From: a bacterium
GTDB lineage: Bacteria; Patescibacteriota; Minisyncoccia; Phycocordibacterales; JBBTRF01
Assembly (NCBI GenBank): GCA_037130265.1
Contig: JBAXTI010000001.1
Location: 32,418 to 96,417 of the forward strand
Length of the DNA stretch: 64,000 bases
Direction: 5' to 3'
Positions 48,239 through 57,597 of the stretch are shown piece by piece. Each line of letters begins with the position of its first letter. Position 1 is the stretch's first letter. The notes under the pieces are model-generated. The model was not told the origin of the DNA and ran no database searches. It worked only from the letters and a program-made list of their open reading frames with translations. Both the position numbers and the translations under genes were made by a program.

Positions 48239-50080
48239 ATGACTGCTACGGCTGCTAAGGCGAAATACACTGTCCGTCCACCTGTTCCTGCGAAGGTAAA
48301 GAGCGAGCTTGCGGCGTATCCAGACTTTCTTCAACACCTTTTATTTCATCGAGGGATCACGGAGGCAACGGCTGCCGAAGCATTTCTCAATCCCAGCTAC
48401 GAAACCCACACCCATGACCCTTTTTTGCTGAAAGACATGTCAAAATCGGTAAAGCGCGTGCTCGCAGCTATAGAAAAGGGTGAAAAGATCGTTATTTTTA
48501 GCGATTATGATGCCGACGGTATTCCGGGCGGTGTTGTCTTGCATGATTTTTTCAAAAAAATCGGCTACACCAACTTCTCCAACTACATTCCACACCGTCA
48601 CAACGAGGGTTTCGGGCTCAATACTGAAGCCGTTGAAGGTTTTGCGAAGGATAGGGCGAAATTGGTGATCACGATCGACTGCGGTATTGCCGATATTGCC
48701 GAGGTGAAGCGTGGACAGGAGCTGGGAATGGACATGATCGTCACTGACCATCATTTGCCGCTCACGGAAATGAACAAAAAGGGCCAAGAAGTGCCAATGT
48801 TGCCGCCCGCCTTCGCAATTTTGAATCCAAAACAGGACGACTGTGCCTACCCGGAGAAAATGCTCTGTGGTTCAGGGGTGATTTTCAAGTTGGTACAGGC
48901 ATTGGTGAAGGAGTGGCAGAAAAAGGCCAAAAAGGCTGGAAAAGGGGTATCTGATGAGGTTGAAATTGTCGATGGTTGGGAGAAGTGGCTGCTCGACATG
49001 GTCGGAATGGCCACGCTTTCGGATATGGTGCCGCTGACCGGAGAAAACCGTGTATTCGCCTACTATGGCCTCAAGGTGCTGCGAAAGTCACCTCGCGTCG
49101 GTTTGATGAAATTGTTGAGGAAGATCAAGACCGACCAGCGAAATCTCACCGAAGATGATATTGGCTTTACGATCTCCCCACGCATTAACGCAGCTTCTCG
49201 TATGGGCGTGCCGCACGACGCCTTCCGCTTGCTCTCCACGACCGATGAAACGGAGGCAGACCAGCTCAGCGATCACCTGAACCGCATAAATGACGAACGA
49301 AAGGGGATTGTGGCCGCTATGGTGAAGGAAATGAAACATGCTCTCGAGGCTCGGTGGGCGAATGAGGGTGGTGTGGAGCGTCCGAAACCCAAGCTTATTG
49401 TCCTCGGTAATCCAAAATGGAAGCCTGCACTGCTTGGTCTGGCGGCTAATACGCTCATGGAGGCATATTCTTGTCCAGTATTTCTTTGGGGTCGCGATGG
49501 TGAGAATGTTTTGAAAGGTTCCTGTCGGTCCAATGGGGTGAGCCTGCAGGCGTTGATGTGCAAAGTGCCCGGAGCTACCTTGTCTGCCTATGGTGGACAT
49601 GCGTTGGCCGGAGGTTTTGCGGTGACGAATGAAGAAGTGCACAAGCTCGAAGCGGATCTATTGGCAGCGTACGAGATGGTGGATGGTGCAGGCGAGGCGG
49701 ATGGTGCGGAAGATGGTTCTTGTGTAGACGCTTTGATCGCGTTTGATGATGTGAACTGGCAGACTTACGGTATTCTCGAAAAATTAGCGCCATTCGGTAC
49801 GGGCAATCCGAAGCCACTCTTTCTGTTTGAAAATGCGTTGCTACGCGAAGTGAAAGCGTTTGGGAAAGAACGAAACCATATCGAGCTTGGGTTCAGCAAG
49901 ACAAATGGCAACAAAGTTTCGGCAATTGGTTTTTTTAGCACGCCAGAAGATTGGCAGGCCCAATTGGGTGTTGGCCGGAAATTGGCGGTGGGCGAAAGGG
50001 TGCATCTGGTGGCGACTTTGGAAAAATCAACATTCCGTAATTTCCCAGAACTACGTTTGAGGATTGTGGATATATTTTGA
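48239..50080 (+). CDS. recJ: Single-stranded DNA exonuclease RecJ
   Basis: DYDADG, TIDCG, TDHH, SPRINAASR, GSCRS, GGH, APFGTGNP. Confidence 0.96.
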   Translation: MTATAAKAKYTVRPPVPAKVKSELAAYPDFLQHLLFHRGITEATAAEAFLNPSYETHTHDPFLLKDMSKSVKRVLAAIEKGEKIVIFSDYDADGIPGGVVLHDFFKKIGYTNFSNYIPHRHNEGFGLNTEAVEGFAKDRAKLVITIDCGIADIAEVKRGQELGMDMIVTDHHLPLTEMNKKGQEVPMLPPAFAILNPKQDDCAYPEKMLCGSGVIFKLVQALVKEWQKKAKKAGKGVSDEVEIVDGWEKWLLDMVGMATLSDMVPLTGENRVFAYYGLKVLRKSPRVGLMKLLRKIKTDQRNLTEDDIGFTISPRINAASRMGVPHDAFRLLSTTDETEADQLSDHLNRINDERKGIVAAMVKEMKHALEARWANEGGVERPKPKLIVLGNPKWKPALLGLAANTLMEAYSCPVFLWGRDGENVLKGSCRSNGVSLQALMCKVPGATLSAYGGHALAGGFAVTNEEVHKLEADLLAAYEMVDGAGEADGAEDGSCVDALIAFDDVNWQTYGILEKLAPFGTGNPKPLFLFENALLREVKAFGKERNHIELGFSKTNGNKVSAIGFFSTPEDWQAQLGVGRKLAVGERVHLVATLEKSTFRNFPELRLRIVDIF

Positions 50081-50118
50081 AACAGTATAATCATTTGAAT
50101 ACAACATCATCACGACCC

Positions 50119-50892
50119 ATGATTATCACTATTTTTACCGATGGCGCATCGCGAGGGAATCCAGGTCCTGGAGGGTGGGGGTTTGTGTCGGTGTATGAGA
50201 AGGCAGATGCGTCGGGTGTTGTTGGACGCTGTGTGAAAGAGGGGGGTGGCGCGGAGCGTGTTGCAACAAACAATCAGATGGAATTGCTCGCTGCGTTGCG
50301 CGCGCTGGAGTATGTATCGACGCAAAAAAAGTCGGGCGCTGTTGTCGCGGACGATGTTGTTGTTCACTCGGATTCAAGCTACATGATCAACGGTATCACC
50401 AAGTGGGTGGCAGGCTGGAAGCGAAAGGGTTGGATCACTTCTACAAAAACTCCCGTAGAAAATCGTGAATTGTGGGAGGGTTTAGACGCAGTCACTGCAC
50501 ACCTAAATGCAGATGGAATACAAGTTCGTTGGCAGTATGTTGGCGGACATATTGGTGTGAAGGGGAATGAACGATGCGATGTGATCGCGACTGCTTTGGC
50601 GACCGGAAAGGAGGTAGTCCCCGCACTTTATAACGGACATTTTTCTGCATACCCAATCGCCGATGTCCTTGATATTTCGCACAGCATGGAAAAGAAAAAA
50701 GATAAGGGTGCTGATCGGTCGCGCAGCAAGGCCACGGCGTACTCATATGTGAGTGCGGTGAATGGAGATGTGCAAACCCATAGGACATGGAAGGAGTGCG
50801 AGGCTCGCGTCAAAGGGGTGCGTGGCGCCCGGTTCAAGAAGGCATTATCGGCAACCGAAGAATCGATTATTTCAACGGAATTTTCAGCATAA
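50119..50892 (+). CDS. rnhA: Ribonuclease HI with C-terminal hybrid-binding (Cauli_VI-like) domain
   Basis: FTDGASRGNPGPGGW, TNNQMEL, SDSSY, GHIG..GNERCD; C-terminal TWKECEARVKG..ARFKK. Confidence 0.93.
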   Translation: MIITIFTDGASRGNPGPGGWGFVSVYEKADASGVVGRCVKEGGGAERVATNNQMELLAALRALEYVSTQKKSGAVVADDVVVHSDSSYMINGITKWVAGWKRKGWITSTKTPVENRELWEGLDAVTAHLNADGIQVRWQYVGGHIGVKGNERCDVIATALATGKEVVPALYNGHFSAYPIADVLDISHSMEKKKDKGADRSRSKATAYSYVSAVNGDVQTHRTWKECEARVKGVRGARFKKALSATEESIISTEFSA

Positions 50893-50916
50893 AAGCTCCG
50901 ATTTTTGGGCACGTTT

Positions 50917-51081
50917 TTCCTTTAGAATTTCTTCATAATTTCTTCATAATTTCTTTAGAACTTTTTCATTTTTTCTTCATTTTAATTTTATTCTTTCTTT
51001 AGAATTTCTTTATCTGAAATGAGCGATTTCTTTATCGTTTCTTAGCAGTTTCTCTATCGCCATTTTTGTATACTATTTGTC
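50917..51081 (+). promoter_or_regulatory. comEC promoter: 13 in-register 11-bp units (consensus TTTCTTYAKNN) then -10 TATACT
   Basis: Units start every 11 nt from 50917 to 51049; last six match the comM element; TATACT 51069..51074; ATG 51082. Confidence 0.85.
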
Positions 51082-52539
51082 ATGGAGTTGGATCCACGAC
51101 TTTGCCTCTTCGGCTTCTTTCTTGGGGTGGCGATTCACTCGCTGACACCGACTCCGTGGTGGCTCGGCATACTCGGTCTATTTGTCTTTGGATGCGTTAC
51201 TCTGGTTATTCAATTCGGTCGAACACGTTGGTCTGGGCGAGTCGTGCACGTGACCGCAGCGTTATTCATCGGTGTTTCACTTGGTGTCATTCGTTACGAT
51301 CTCGCCCGCATGTATGCTCCGAAGAGCGAACTAGACCAGTATCTTGGCCATTCTATACAGCTCACCGGTACGGTGGTCCAGCCTCCTGAAGAGCGCGGTC
51401 AGGTCTGGCGTACCCTGTTTCATCCGGACGGGGCGCGGACCAATATCAGTGTTTCAGTTCCGCTCTATCCGCCGATCAGGTATGGTGACCGTCTTCGACT
51501 TTCTGGAACACTTGTGAAACCAGAAGCCTTTCTTTCTGAAAACGGACGCACTTTCAACTATCCTGAGTACCTCGCGCTCAGTGGGACGTACTACCAAATG
51601 AAGAGAGTTAAGGTGACACATATTGGACATGGAAAAGGGAGTTGGGTGAAAGAAAAATTGTTCTCAATTCGCGAGACTTTTCTTCGACGGATCAGCTCTC
51701 GATTTGCTGAACCGGAGAGTGCTCTTTTGGCAGGTCTTTTAATTGGCGAAAAAAGTTCGCTAGGAAAAGCCCTTGAGGAAGCTTTTCGCAAGGCTGGCGT
51801 GATTCACATTGTCGTATTGTCGGGATTCAATATCACCATCATCGGACAAGCGGTGATGTACCTGCTATCCGGTCTACCGCGTCGGCTCGGTATCGTTTCC
51901 GGCATCGGTTTCATTGTGTTGTTTTCGGTGATGACTGGGGCGACGGCGACCGTGATGCGGTCGACCATTATGGCAGTCATTGCACTGCTTGCTGCCTTTT
52001 TCTATCGAACATACGATGTGCCGCGAGCGCTTTTCTTGGCCGCATTTCTGATGGTGTTATTTGAACCACAAACACTTATGTTTGACCCTTCGTTTCAGTT
52101 GTCCTTTTTGTCGACTATCGGTCTTGTCTATCTATCGCCGATGATCGAGCGGCGTCTCATGTGGTGCAACAAAACGCTACGTGCAATCCTTGTTGCGACA
52201 CTCTCCACACAACTCTTCGTGCTGCCGTATTTGTTGTACTCGATGGGGGACATATCGCTCGTGTCGGTCTTCACCAATCTTGCGATCCTACCAACCATTC
52301 CGTTTGCGATGCTGTTTGGTTTCATTGCGACACTGCTGCCGTTCTCGATTGGTTTATTGCCGACTTCAATCGCCCACGTGTTGCTCGCATACATCTTCGT
52401 GGTTGTTCGATTATTTTCTGATCTGCCACTTTCCACTGTTTCCATACCGTACTTCCCAGGCTGGCTGGTGATAGTATGGTATGGCGTCACTGGCGGATTC
52501 TTGTGGTGGAAATATGGAAGACAACATGAGACAGACTGA
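51082..52539 (+). CDS. comEC: ComEC/Rec2 DNA-uptake channel (OB + competence domains)
   Basis: HIVVLSGFN, ATVMRSTIM, DPSFQLSF, SLVSVFTNL. Confidence 0.94.
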   Translation: MELDPRLCLFGFFLGVAIHSLTPTPWWLGILGLFVFGCVTLVIQFGRTRWSGRVVHVTAALFIGVSLGVIRYDLARMYAPKSELDQYLGHSIQLTGTVVQPPEERGQVWRTLFHPDGARTNISVSVPLYPPIRYGDRLRLSGTLVKPEAFLSENGRTFNYPEYLALSGTYYQMKRVKVTHIGHGKGSWVKEKLFSIRETFLRRISSRFAEPESALLAGLLIGEKSSLGKALEEAFRKAGVIHIVVLSGFNITIIGQAVMYLLSGLPRRLGIVSGIGFIVLFSVMTGATATVMRSTIMAVIALLAAFFYRTYDVPRALFLAAFLMVLFEPQTLMFDPSFQLSFLSTIGLVYLSPMIERRLMWCNKTLRAILVATLSTQLFVLPYLLYSMGDISLVSVFTNLAILPTIPFAMLFGFIATLLPFSIGLLPTSIAHVLLAYIFVVVRLFSDLPLSTVSIPYFPGWLVIVWYGVTGGFLWWKYGRQHETD

Positions 52540-53482
52540 ATGGAAAAAATGGGCAGCAAGTTTTCTTGGTATTGCAACGATACTGGCACTTGTGTTAATT
52601 GTTTGGTTTTTTCTTTTCTACACACGCGGTCCAGAGAAGCAGATTACTCGTGATGTTGGAGTTGAAAATATTGCTGCGCCGACAGGCATACTTAAGATTG
52701 CGTTTCTCGACGTTGGGCAAGGGGATGCGATTTTGGTGATTGGTCCAGACGGTACAACCGTACTGTTTGATGGTGGGCCCGATCGTACTTTACTTGCACG
52801 TCTGGGTGAAGTACTCCCATTTTGGCAACATTCAATCGACATGATCGTGATCACTAATCCCGACAAGGATCACATTGCTGGATTCGTCCCGCTGTTGCAA
52901 ACAATGAATGTTGGGGCCGTGCTTGAGCCGGGCACATCGTCTGTTTCCGCGACATATCACACGTTGAAAGACGACATCGTGCTCGCCCAAAAAGAAAATG
53001 GCACGAAGACGCTTATTGCGCGAAAGGGAACTCGTTTCCCGATCGGTGATGGTGCCGAGATCGATATTTTGTTTCCTGATAGAGATGTGTCTGGTTGGAA
53101 AACAAACGATGGTTCGATCATTGCCCGGGTGGTGTATGCGAGTACCTCGGTGTTGCTCACCGGCGACGCTACAAAAAAGACTGAGTCACTTCTCGGTGCG
53201 CTCGATCCCGTCGATATCCTCAAGGTCGGCCACCACGGCTCGCGCACCTCAACCGGTGAGTCGTTTGTCTCTCAACTCACGCCAAAATGGGCCGTCATTT
53301 CTGCCGGATTCCAAAACAAATATGGTCATCCGCATCAGGAGACGCTGAATACGCTCAAGAAATTCGACGTCACTCCGCTCATCACCTCCGAAAAAGGTAC
53401 GATCATCTTTACCTCAGACGGCCGCACCTTCTCTGAGCCGACATTTATTCGTACCAATATTCCGATAAGCAAAAACCGCTGA
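52526..53482 (+). CDS. Stand-alone ComEC metallo-beta-lactamase domain protein
   Basis: FLDVGQGDA, TNPDKDHIAG, LLTGD, KVGHHGS, NKYGHPH. Confidence 0.92.
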   Translation: MRQTEWKKWAASFLGIATILALVLIVWFFLFYTRGPEKQITRDVGVENIAAPTGILKIAFLDVGQGDAILVIGPDGTTVLFDGGPDRTLLARLGEVLPFWQHSIDMIVITNPDKDHIAGFVPLLQTMNVGAVLEPGTSSVSATYHTLKDDIVLAQKENGTKTLIARKGTRFPIGDGAEIDILFPDRDVSGWKTNDGSIIARVVYASTSVLLTGDATKKTESLLGALDPVDILKVGHHGSRTSTGESFVSQLTPKWAVISAGFQNKYGHPHQETLNTLKKFDVTPLITSEKGTIIFTSDGRTFSEPTFIRTNIPISKNR

Positions 53483-53520
53483 CGAAGCGGTCTTGCATGA
53501 GTAGCGGTCGCGCGTGTATC

Positions 53521-54126
53521 TTATTTAGCCGCTTTCTTAAAATTCTCCTCGATCACTTGCCAATTGAGGTTGGCAAAGAAATCCTCGACGTACTGCTTCT
53601 TGCCGCTCGGCTGATAGTCGGCGACAAAGGAGTGTTCCCACATGTCGAGCGCGAGAACAGGGGAGAGGCCGGTGAGGTGGCCGAGATGTTGCTCGTCCAC
53701 CCAGGCGTTCAAAAGTCGCTTGGTGACAGGGTCGTAGTACATCATTGCCCAACCGATACCTCGAGTGAGGGCGATCGCTTTGAAACGCGCGATCCAGCCG
53801 TCCCATGAACCCCACTCCTCCTCAACGGCTTTCTTCAATGCACTTGCGCCAGCTGTCTCGTCGAGACCCTTCGCACCACCCTCAAATGATCGGAAATAAT
53901 ATTCGTGGTTACGCATACCATCGAATTCAAAGCCAAAGCGGCGCTGCAATTCGCCCAAGGCGTACGCATGCTTTTCACTGTCAGCGCCATACTCTGCAAT
54001 CTTTTCGAGGATAAGGTTCGCGTGCTTTACGTAGCCCGCGTAGAGCTTCAAATGCTCCTCGATAGTTTTTGCCGATATGCCCTTGAGGGCAGGGATGTTG
54101 AATTTTGCTTCTTCAAATTTTTTCAT
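53521..54126 (-). CDS. sod: Fe/Mn superoxide dismutase
   Basis: EEH, RNHEYY, LDMWEHS metal ligands. Confidence 0.92.
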   Translation of the reverse strand: MKKFEEAKFNIPALKGISAKTIEEHLKLYAGYVKHANLILEKIAEYGADSEKHAYALGELQRRFGFEFDGMRNHEYYFRSFEGGAKGLDETAGASALKKAVEEEWGSWDGWIARFKAIALTRGIGWAMMYYDPVTKRLLNAWVDEQHLGHLTGLSPVLALDMWEHSFVADYQPSGKKQYVEDFFANLNWQVIEENFKKAAK

Positions 54127-54232
54127 ACGGTGATTGTATCATTGTTGAGGAGAGAAATAAAAAAGATGGCACGCGCTGCGCGGGCCACCTGGTTTGCTGG
54201 GAAATCCCTGAACGTGAAAAAGGACGGGCGGA

Positions 54233-54688
54233 TCAGTTTTGATTTCGACGAATCTCGTTGGCGTAGGCAATCCACTGCTGCACCTCGAATTGTTCCCACT
54301 CCCTTTGAAATGTGTCGGTGTGTTCGTCGAGTGCATCGGAGAATCGGTTGAAAATCTGGACGGCTTCAACATGATCCCAACTCGCGTAAGGGTTCTCCTG
54401 CTTCCAGGTTTTGACCTCTTGGTAGAGCGATCGGCACAAATTGCGGGAGTGTTCGGTAGCGTCTGATGCGCTCTTTGTAGTCGAGGGCTTGGGACTGTTG
54501 AGATACACCTCCCGCTTCCGTGTCTTCGGTAGCTTCGGTTCCGTCGGAAACGCGAGCATGGTGAAGCAAAATACCACTGCTATCCGAAGTAGGCTGTTGA
54601 CCCAGCTGGGAAGGAGCTGTCCGCTGTCAGCGAACACCATCAACATTGCCATGCAAACATAACCGCCTACCACGTAGTTGGTTCTCAT
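54233..54688 (-). CDS. Hypothetical membrane protein
   Basis: 151 aa, two N-terminal hydrophobic segments. Confidence 0.5.
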   Translation of the reverse strand: MRTNYVVGGYVCMAMLMVFADSGQLLPSWVNSLLRIAVVFCFTMLAFPTEPKLPKTRKREVYLNSPKPSTTKSASDATEHSRNLCRSLYQEVKTWKQENPYASWDHVEAVQIFNRFSDALDEHTDTFQREWEQFEVQQWIAYANEIRRNQN

Positions 54689-54756
54689 GATTTGTGGGCT
54701 GTATGGAGTTTTTCCGTCGTTGACCGTCTGAGGTCTATCCTAAACCTGTGTGGAGA

Positions 54757-54999
54757 TTAAATCAACCCCGCTTTCTTCAATGTTGCGTACGCGCCGTTCT
54801 TGTTGATGGTCTTGATCGCCTTGGTAGAAATAGTGAGTCGAATAGACTTCTTCAATTCAGGGATGTAAATAGTCTTCTTCTGGAGGTTCGGATACTTTCG
54901 CACCATTCCGGTAGGGTTGTACTGGGTGGCTCGAGTACGGTTTGAATAACCGCCAGCAACGATTGAGGTCTTTTTAGTGATTGGGCAGATTTTTGCCAT
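54757..54999 (-). CDS. rpmB: 50S ribosomal protein L28
   Basis: MAKICPITKK...KYPNLQKK...LTISTKAIKTI. Confidence 0.93.
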   Translation of the reverse strand: MAKICPITKKTSIVAGGYSNRTRATQYNPTGMVRKYPNLQKKTIYIPELKKSIRLTISTKAIKTINKNGAYATLKKAGLI

Positions 55000-55086
55000 G
55001 GGGTTGATTTAGTTCAGCTATGCTATCATATATTGACAAAAGCGCAAGTTTTCACGGCTCTGTGCGATAAATCCGCTCAAACCAAT

Positions 55087-55698
55087 ATGCTAAACCTCTT
55101 TTCTTTAGCCGTTCTTATCCTGTCTGTCGTGATCCATGAGGTGTCTCATGGCTATATGGCGTTGCGCCTGGGTGATCCGACTGCTAAATACGCCGGCCGC
55201 CTCACACTCAACCCGTTGAAACATCTCGACCCGATCGGTTCCGTGATCGTGCCGATTATCACGACCTTCTTGGGGGTGTCTTTTGGTTGGGCTAAACCAG
55301 TGCCATTTAACCCTGATAATTTCCGCAAAAGCACCCTCAATCTCCGTTGGGGAGAAGCGCTCGTTGCGGCGGCCGGTCCAGCCTCCAACTTCATCGTTGC
55401 CATCGTTTTTGGCACCGCAGCGCATTTTGTGACCAATGAGACAGTGTTCTCCCTCTTCGGGCTTATCGTATTGGTGAATATTACTCTCGCTATTTTCAAC
55501 CTCGCCCCGATTCCGCCGATGGATGGTTCAAAGATCTTGTTTGCCTGTATCCCGGCTCGGTACAGCCATATTCGAGCACAATTGGAGCGCAATCAGCTCA
55601 TTTTGGCGATCATTTTCATCTTCTTCCTGTGGCAATTCTTTGAGCCAATCATTTTCAAGTTGTTTGCCTTGCTGATGGGGGTGCCGTTGGGGATGTAG
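55087..55698 (+). CDS. Site-2 protease (M50 family)
   Basis: HEVSH, GRLTLNP, AGPASN, FNLAPIPPMDG. Confidence 0.93.
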   Translation: MLNLFSLAVLILSVVIHEVSHGYMALRLGDPTAKYAGRLTLNPLKHLDPIGSVIVPIITTFLGVSFGWAKPVPFNPDNFRKSTLNLRWGEALVAAAGPASNFIVAIVFGTAAHFVTNETVFSLFGLIVLVNITLAIFNLAPIPPMDGSKILFACIPARYSHIRAQLERNQLILAIIFIFFLWQFFEPIIFKLFALLMGVPLGM

Positions 55699-55923
55699 AG
55701 GCATTCTTGCGCAAAACGATTCTCTATAGTAGAGTACGGGAACGCTTTTTCTCGAGGTGGGGCGCGGTCAAAAGCCTGCTCGACCTCAAAAAGCTTCATA
55801 ATTCAGCCACAACCATCAGGAATCTGTGAGTAATCCTCGGAAGCAAAGGGTGAAGCAACACAGACCTCCGCGCGGCCAAGCAGAATTTTATTATTCAATC
55901 GGTTTATTTATTTGCATTTCACT

Positions 55924-56340
55924 ATGCCAACCATCAATCAATTGGTGCGCCGCAAGCGAGTCAAGCTCTACCGAAAGTCAAAGGCGATTGCCTTGACCAA
56001 GAGCTTCAACACACTCAAGAACAAGCCTCGATTCTTCTACTCGCCATTTAAACGAGGAGTATGCGTTAAGGTTACGACCAAGACTCCAAAGAAGCCAAAC
56101 TCAGCAATCCGAAAGATTGCCCGAGTGCGACTTACCAACGGAATGGAAGTTACCGCATACATCCCAGGTATTGGTCACAATCTCCAGGAGCACTCAGTGG
56201 TGCTTCTCCGAGGCGGACGAGTAAAGGATGTCGGTCTCCGATACACTATCGTGCGAGGCGTGCTCGACTCAGGTGGTGTAGAAACACGACGAAAGGGTCG
56301 AAGCCAATACGGTATGAAGAAGCCAAAAGCAGCTAAATAA
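55924..56340 (+). CDS. rpsL: 30S ribosomal protein S12
   Basis: [25 protein letters not shown]. Confidence 0.98.
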   Translation: MPTINQLVRRKRVKLYRKSKAIALTKSFNTLKNKPRFFYSPFKRGVCVKVTTKTPKKPNSAIRKIARVRLTNGMEVTAYIPGIGHNLQEHSVVLLRGGRVKDVGLRYTIVRGVLDSGGVETRRKGRSQYGMKKPKAAK

Positions 56341-56351
56341 TCCATACTCCA

Positions 56352-56822
56352 ATGAGACGAAAAGCAAAAAATCGTAATATCGTATCTCCAGACAGCGTGT
56401 ACAGCTCCCAGAAAGTAGGGAAGCTTATCAACTATTGTATGGAGCGAGGCAAGAAGAACGCCGCTCGAAAGATTGTGTACGGAGCATTCGACACTATCAA
56501 GGAGACTGCCAAGATAGAAAATCCTTTGGAGTACTTTGAGAACGCTCTCAAGAACACCGCCCCTATGGTGGAGGTGAAGTCTCGACGAGTGGGAGGTGCC
56601 AACTATCAGGTGCCAATCGAAGTCCGACCAGATCGACGACAGGCACTTTCTATCAAATGGATTGTTGATGCTGCTCGAGCAAAGAAGGGCAAGCCAATGC
56701 ATTTGAAGCTCGCAGAAGAGATCATGCTCGCTGTGAAGAACGAAGGTGAGGCCGTAAAGAAGCGTGAGAACACTCACAAGATGGCAGAGGCAAACAAGGC
56801 GTTTGCACACTTTGCTTGGTAA
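56352..56822 (+). CDS. rpsG: 30S ribosomal protein S7
   Basis: EVKSRRVGGANYQVP, HKMAEANKAFAH. Confidence 0.98.
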   Translation: MRRKAKNRNIVSPDSVYSSQKVGKLINYCMERGKKNAARKIVYGAFDTIKETAKIENPLEYFENALKNTAPMVEVKSRRVGGANYQVPIEVRPDRRQALSIKWIVDAARAKKGKPMHLKLAEEIMLAVKNEGEAVKKRENTHKMAEANKAFAHFAW

Positions 56823-56829
56823 AGCGCTC

Positions 56830-56923
56830 AGAGAATTTTTTGGAAGGATACGCGTAAAAGTCTGGCGACTTTTCGCTCCGGCTCGGCCCGTCGGCCTGCG
56901 CAGTTCCTTCCAAAAAATTCTCT
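56830..56923 (-). repeat. Dispersed structured repeat, copy 2 (19-bp stem enclosing a 56-nt core)
   Basis: Arms AGAGAATTTTTTGGAAGGA / TCCTTCCAAAAAATTCTCT; core homologous to copy 1 in opposite orientation. Confidence 0.85.
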
Positions 56924-56933
56924 TCGCTTAGTG

Positions 56934-56960
56934 AAAAAACCGCTCAGGGAGCGGTTTTTT
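56934..56960. terminator. Terminator after rpsG
   Basis: AAAAAACCGCTC-AGG-GAGCGGTTTTTT. Confidence 0.85.
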
Positions 56961-56999
56961 CTTGTTAAAACTAAATTTACCACGTACAATGTTCCTATC

Positions 57000-57521
57000 A
57001 TGAAAACAATTCAAAATGTTGCCTCAGGGATTTTTATCGGCGCGGTGAGTATCCTCTCTCTTATTTCGATTCTCGGGGTCTGGGACATTTTCAACAAAGA
57101 CGTTATCTCGAAGTCATTTGCAACACTTGGAATTTTGGCTGCGGTAGCCGTGGTGGTGATGGTCGCGGGAAAATTTGTTGGTGGCGGCGAAGCTGTTGAT
57201 CCAAGCGTGCCAAACGTTCCTGCTCTACCAAATCCAGCCTTCAGAATTATCCGCATTGCCACCCTCGGAGCACTTATTGTGTCGGCGGTCCTCCTCGCTT
57301 TTCTCGGGGTGTGTAGTATTTGGGAGATTATTACCGATAAGGCGATTCTCTATAAGTCACTCAGCTCCCTTGCAATCATTGCATTTTCTTCGTTCGTCAT
57401 TGTTCTCAGTTGTTTGGAGCGCGAAGACAGTCCTCTTTTGAAGCGCGGTGGCCGACTTTCTCCGGGTCTTATCCTCGTTCTCATCATTATCTTTGTCTGG
57501 ATGTTGGCTGCTCTTCTCTAA
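57000..57521 (+). CDS. Membrane protein with internal duplication
   Basis: Two LGVWDI/LGVCSIWEI...KSFATL/KSLSSL repeats; about 5 TM. Confidence 0.75.
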   Translation: MKTIQNVASGIFIGAVSILSLISILGVWDIFNKDVISKSFATLGILAAVAVVVMVAGKFVGGGEAVDPSVPNVPALPNPAFRIIRIATLGALIVSAVLLAFLGVCSIWEIITDKAILYKSLSSLAIIAFSSFVIVLSCLEREDSPLLKRGGRLSPGLILVLIIIFVWMLAALL

Positions 57522-57597
57522 TCGCACCGTCTTCTCGTCTGGTGATGTCGTAGATGTCCGTTCCGCATTTTGCTGTGGCGCGGTAGAATAGGGAAGT

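Noticed and set aside
50917-51059. CRISPR array
   Set aside because: Units are 11 bp and contiguous with no spacers, and there are no cas genes.
55810-55860. SRP RNA (TCAGG...GGAAGCA)
   Set aside because: Spacing and pairing do not form the SRP domain IV hairpin with a GNRA loop.
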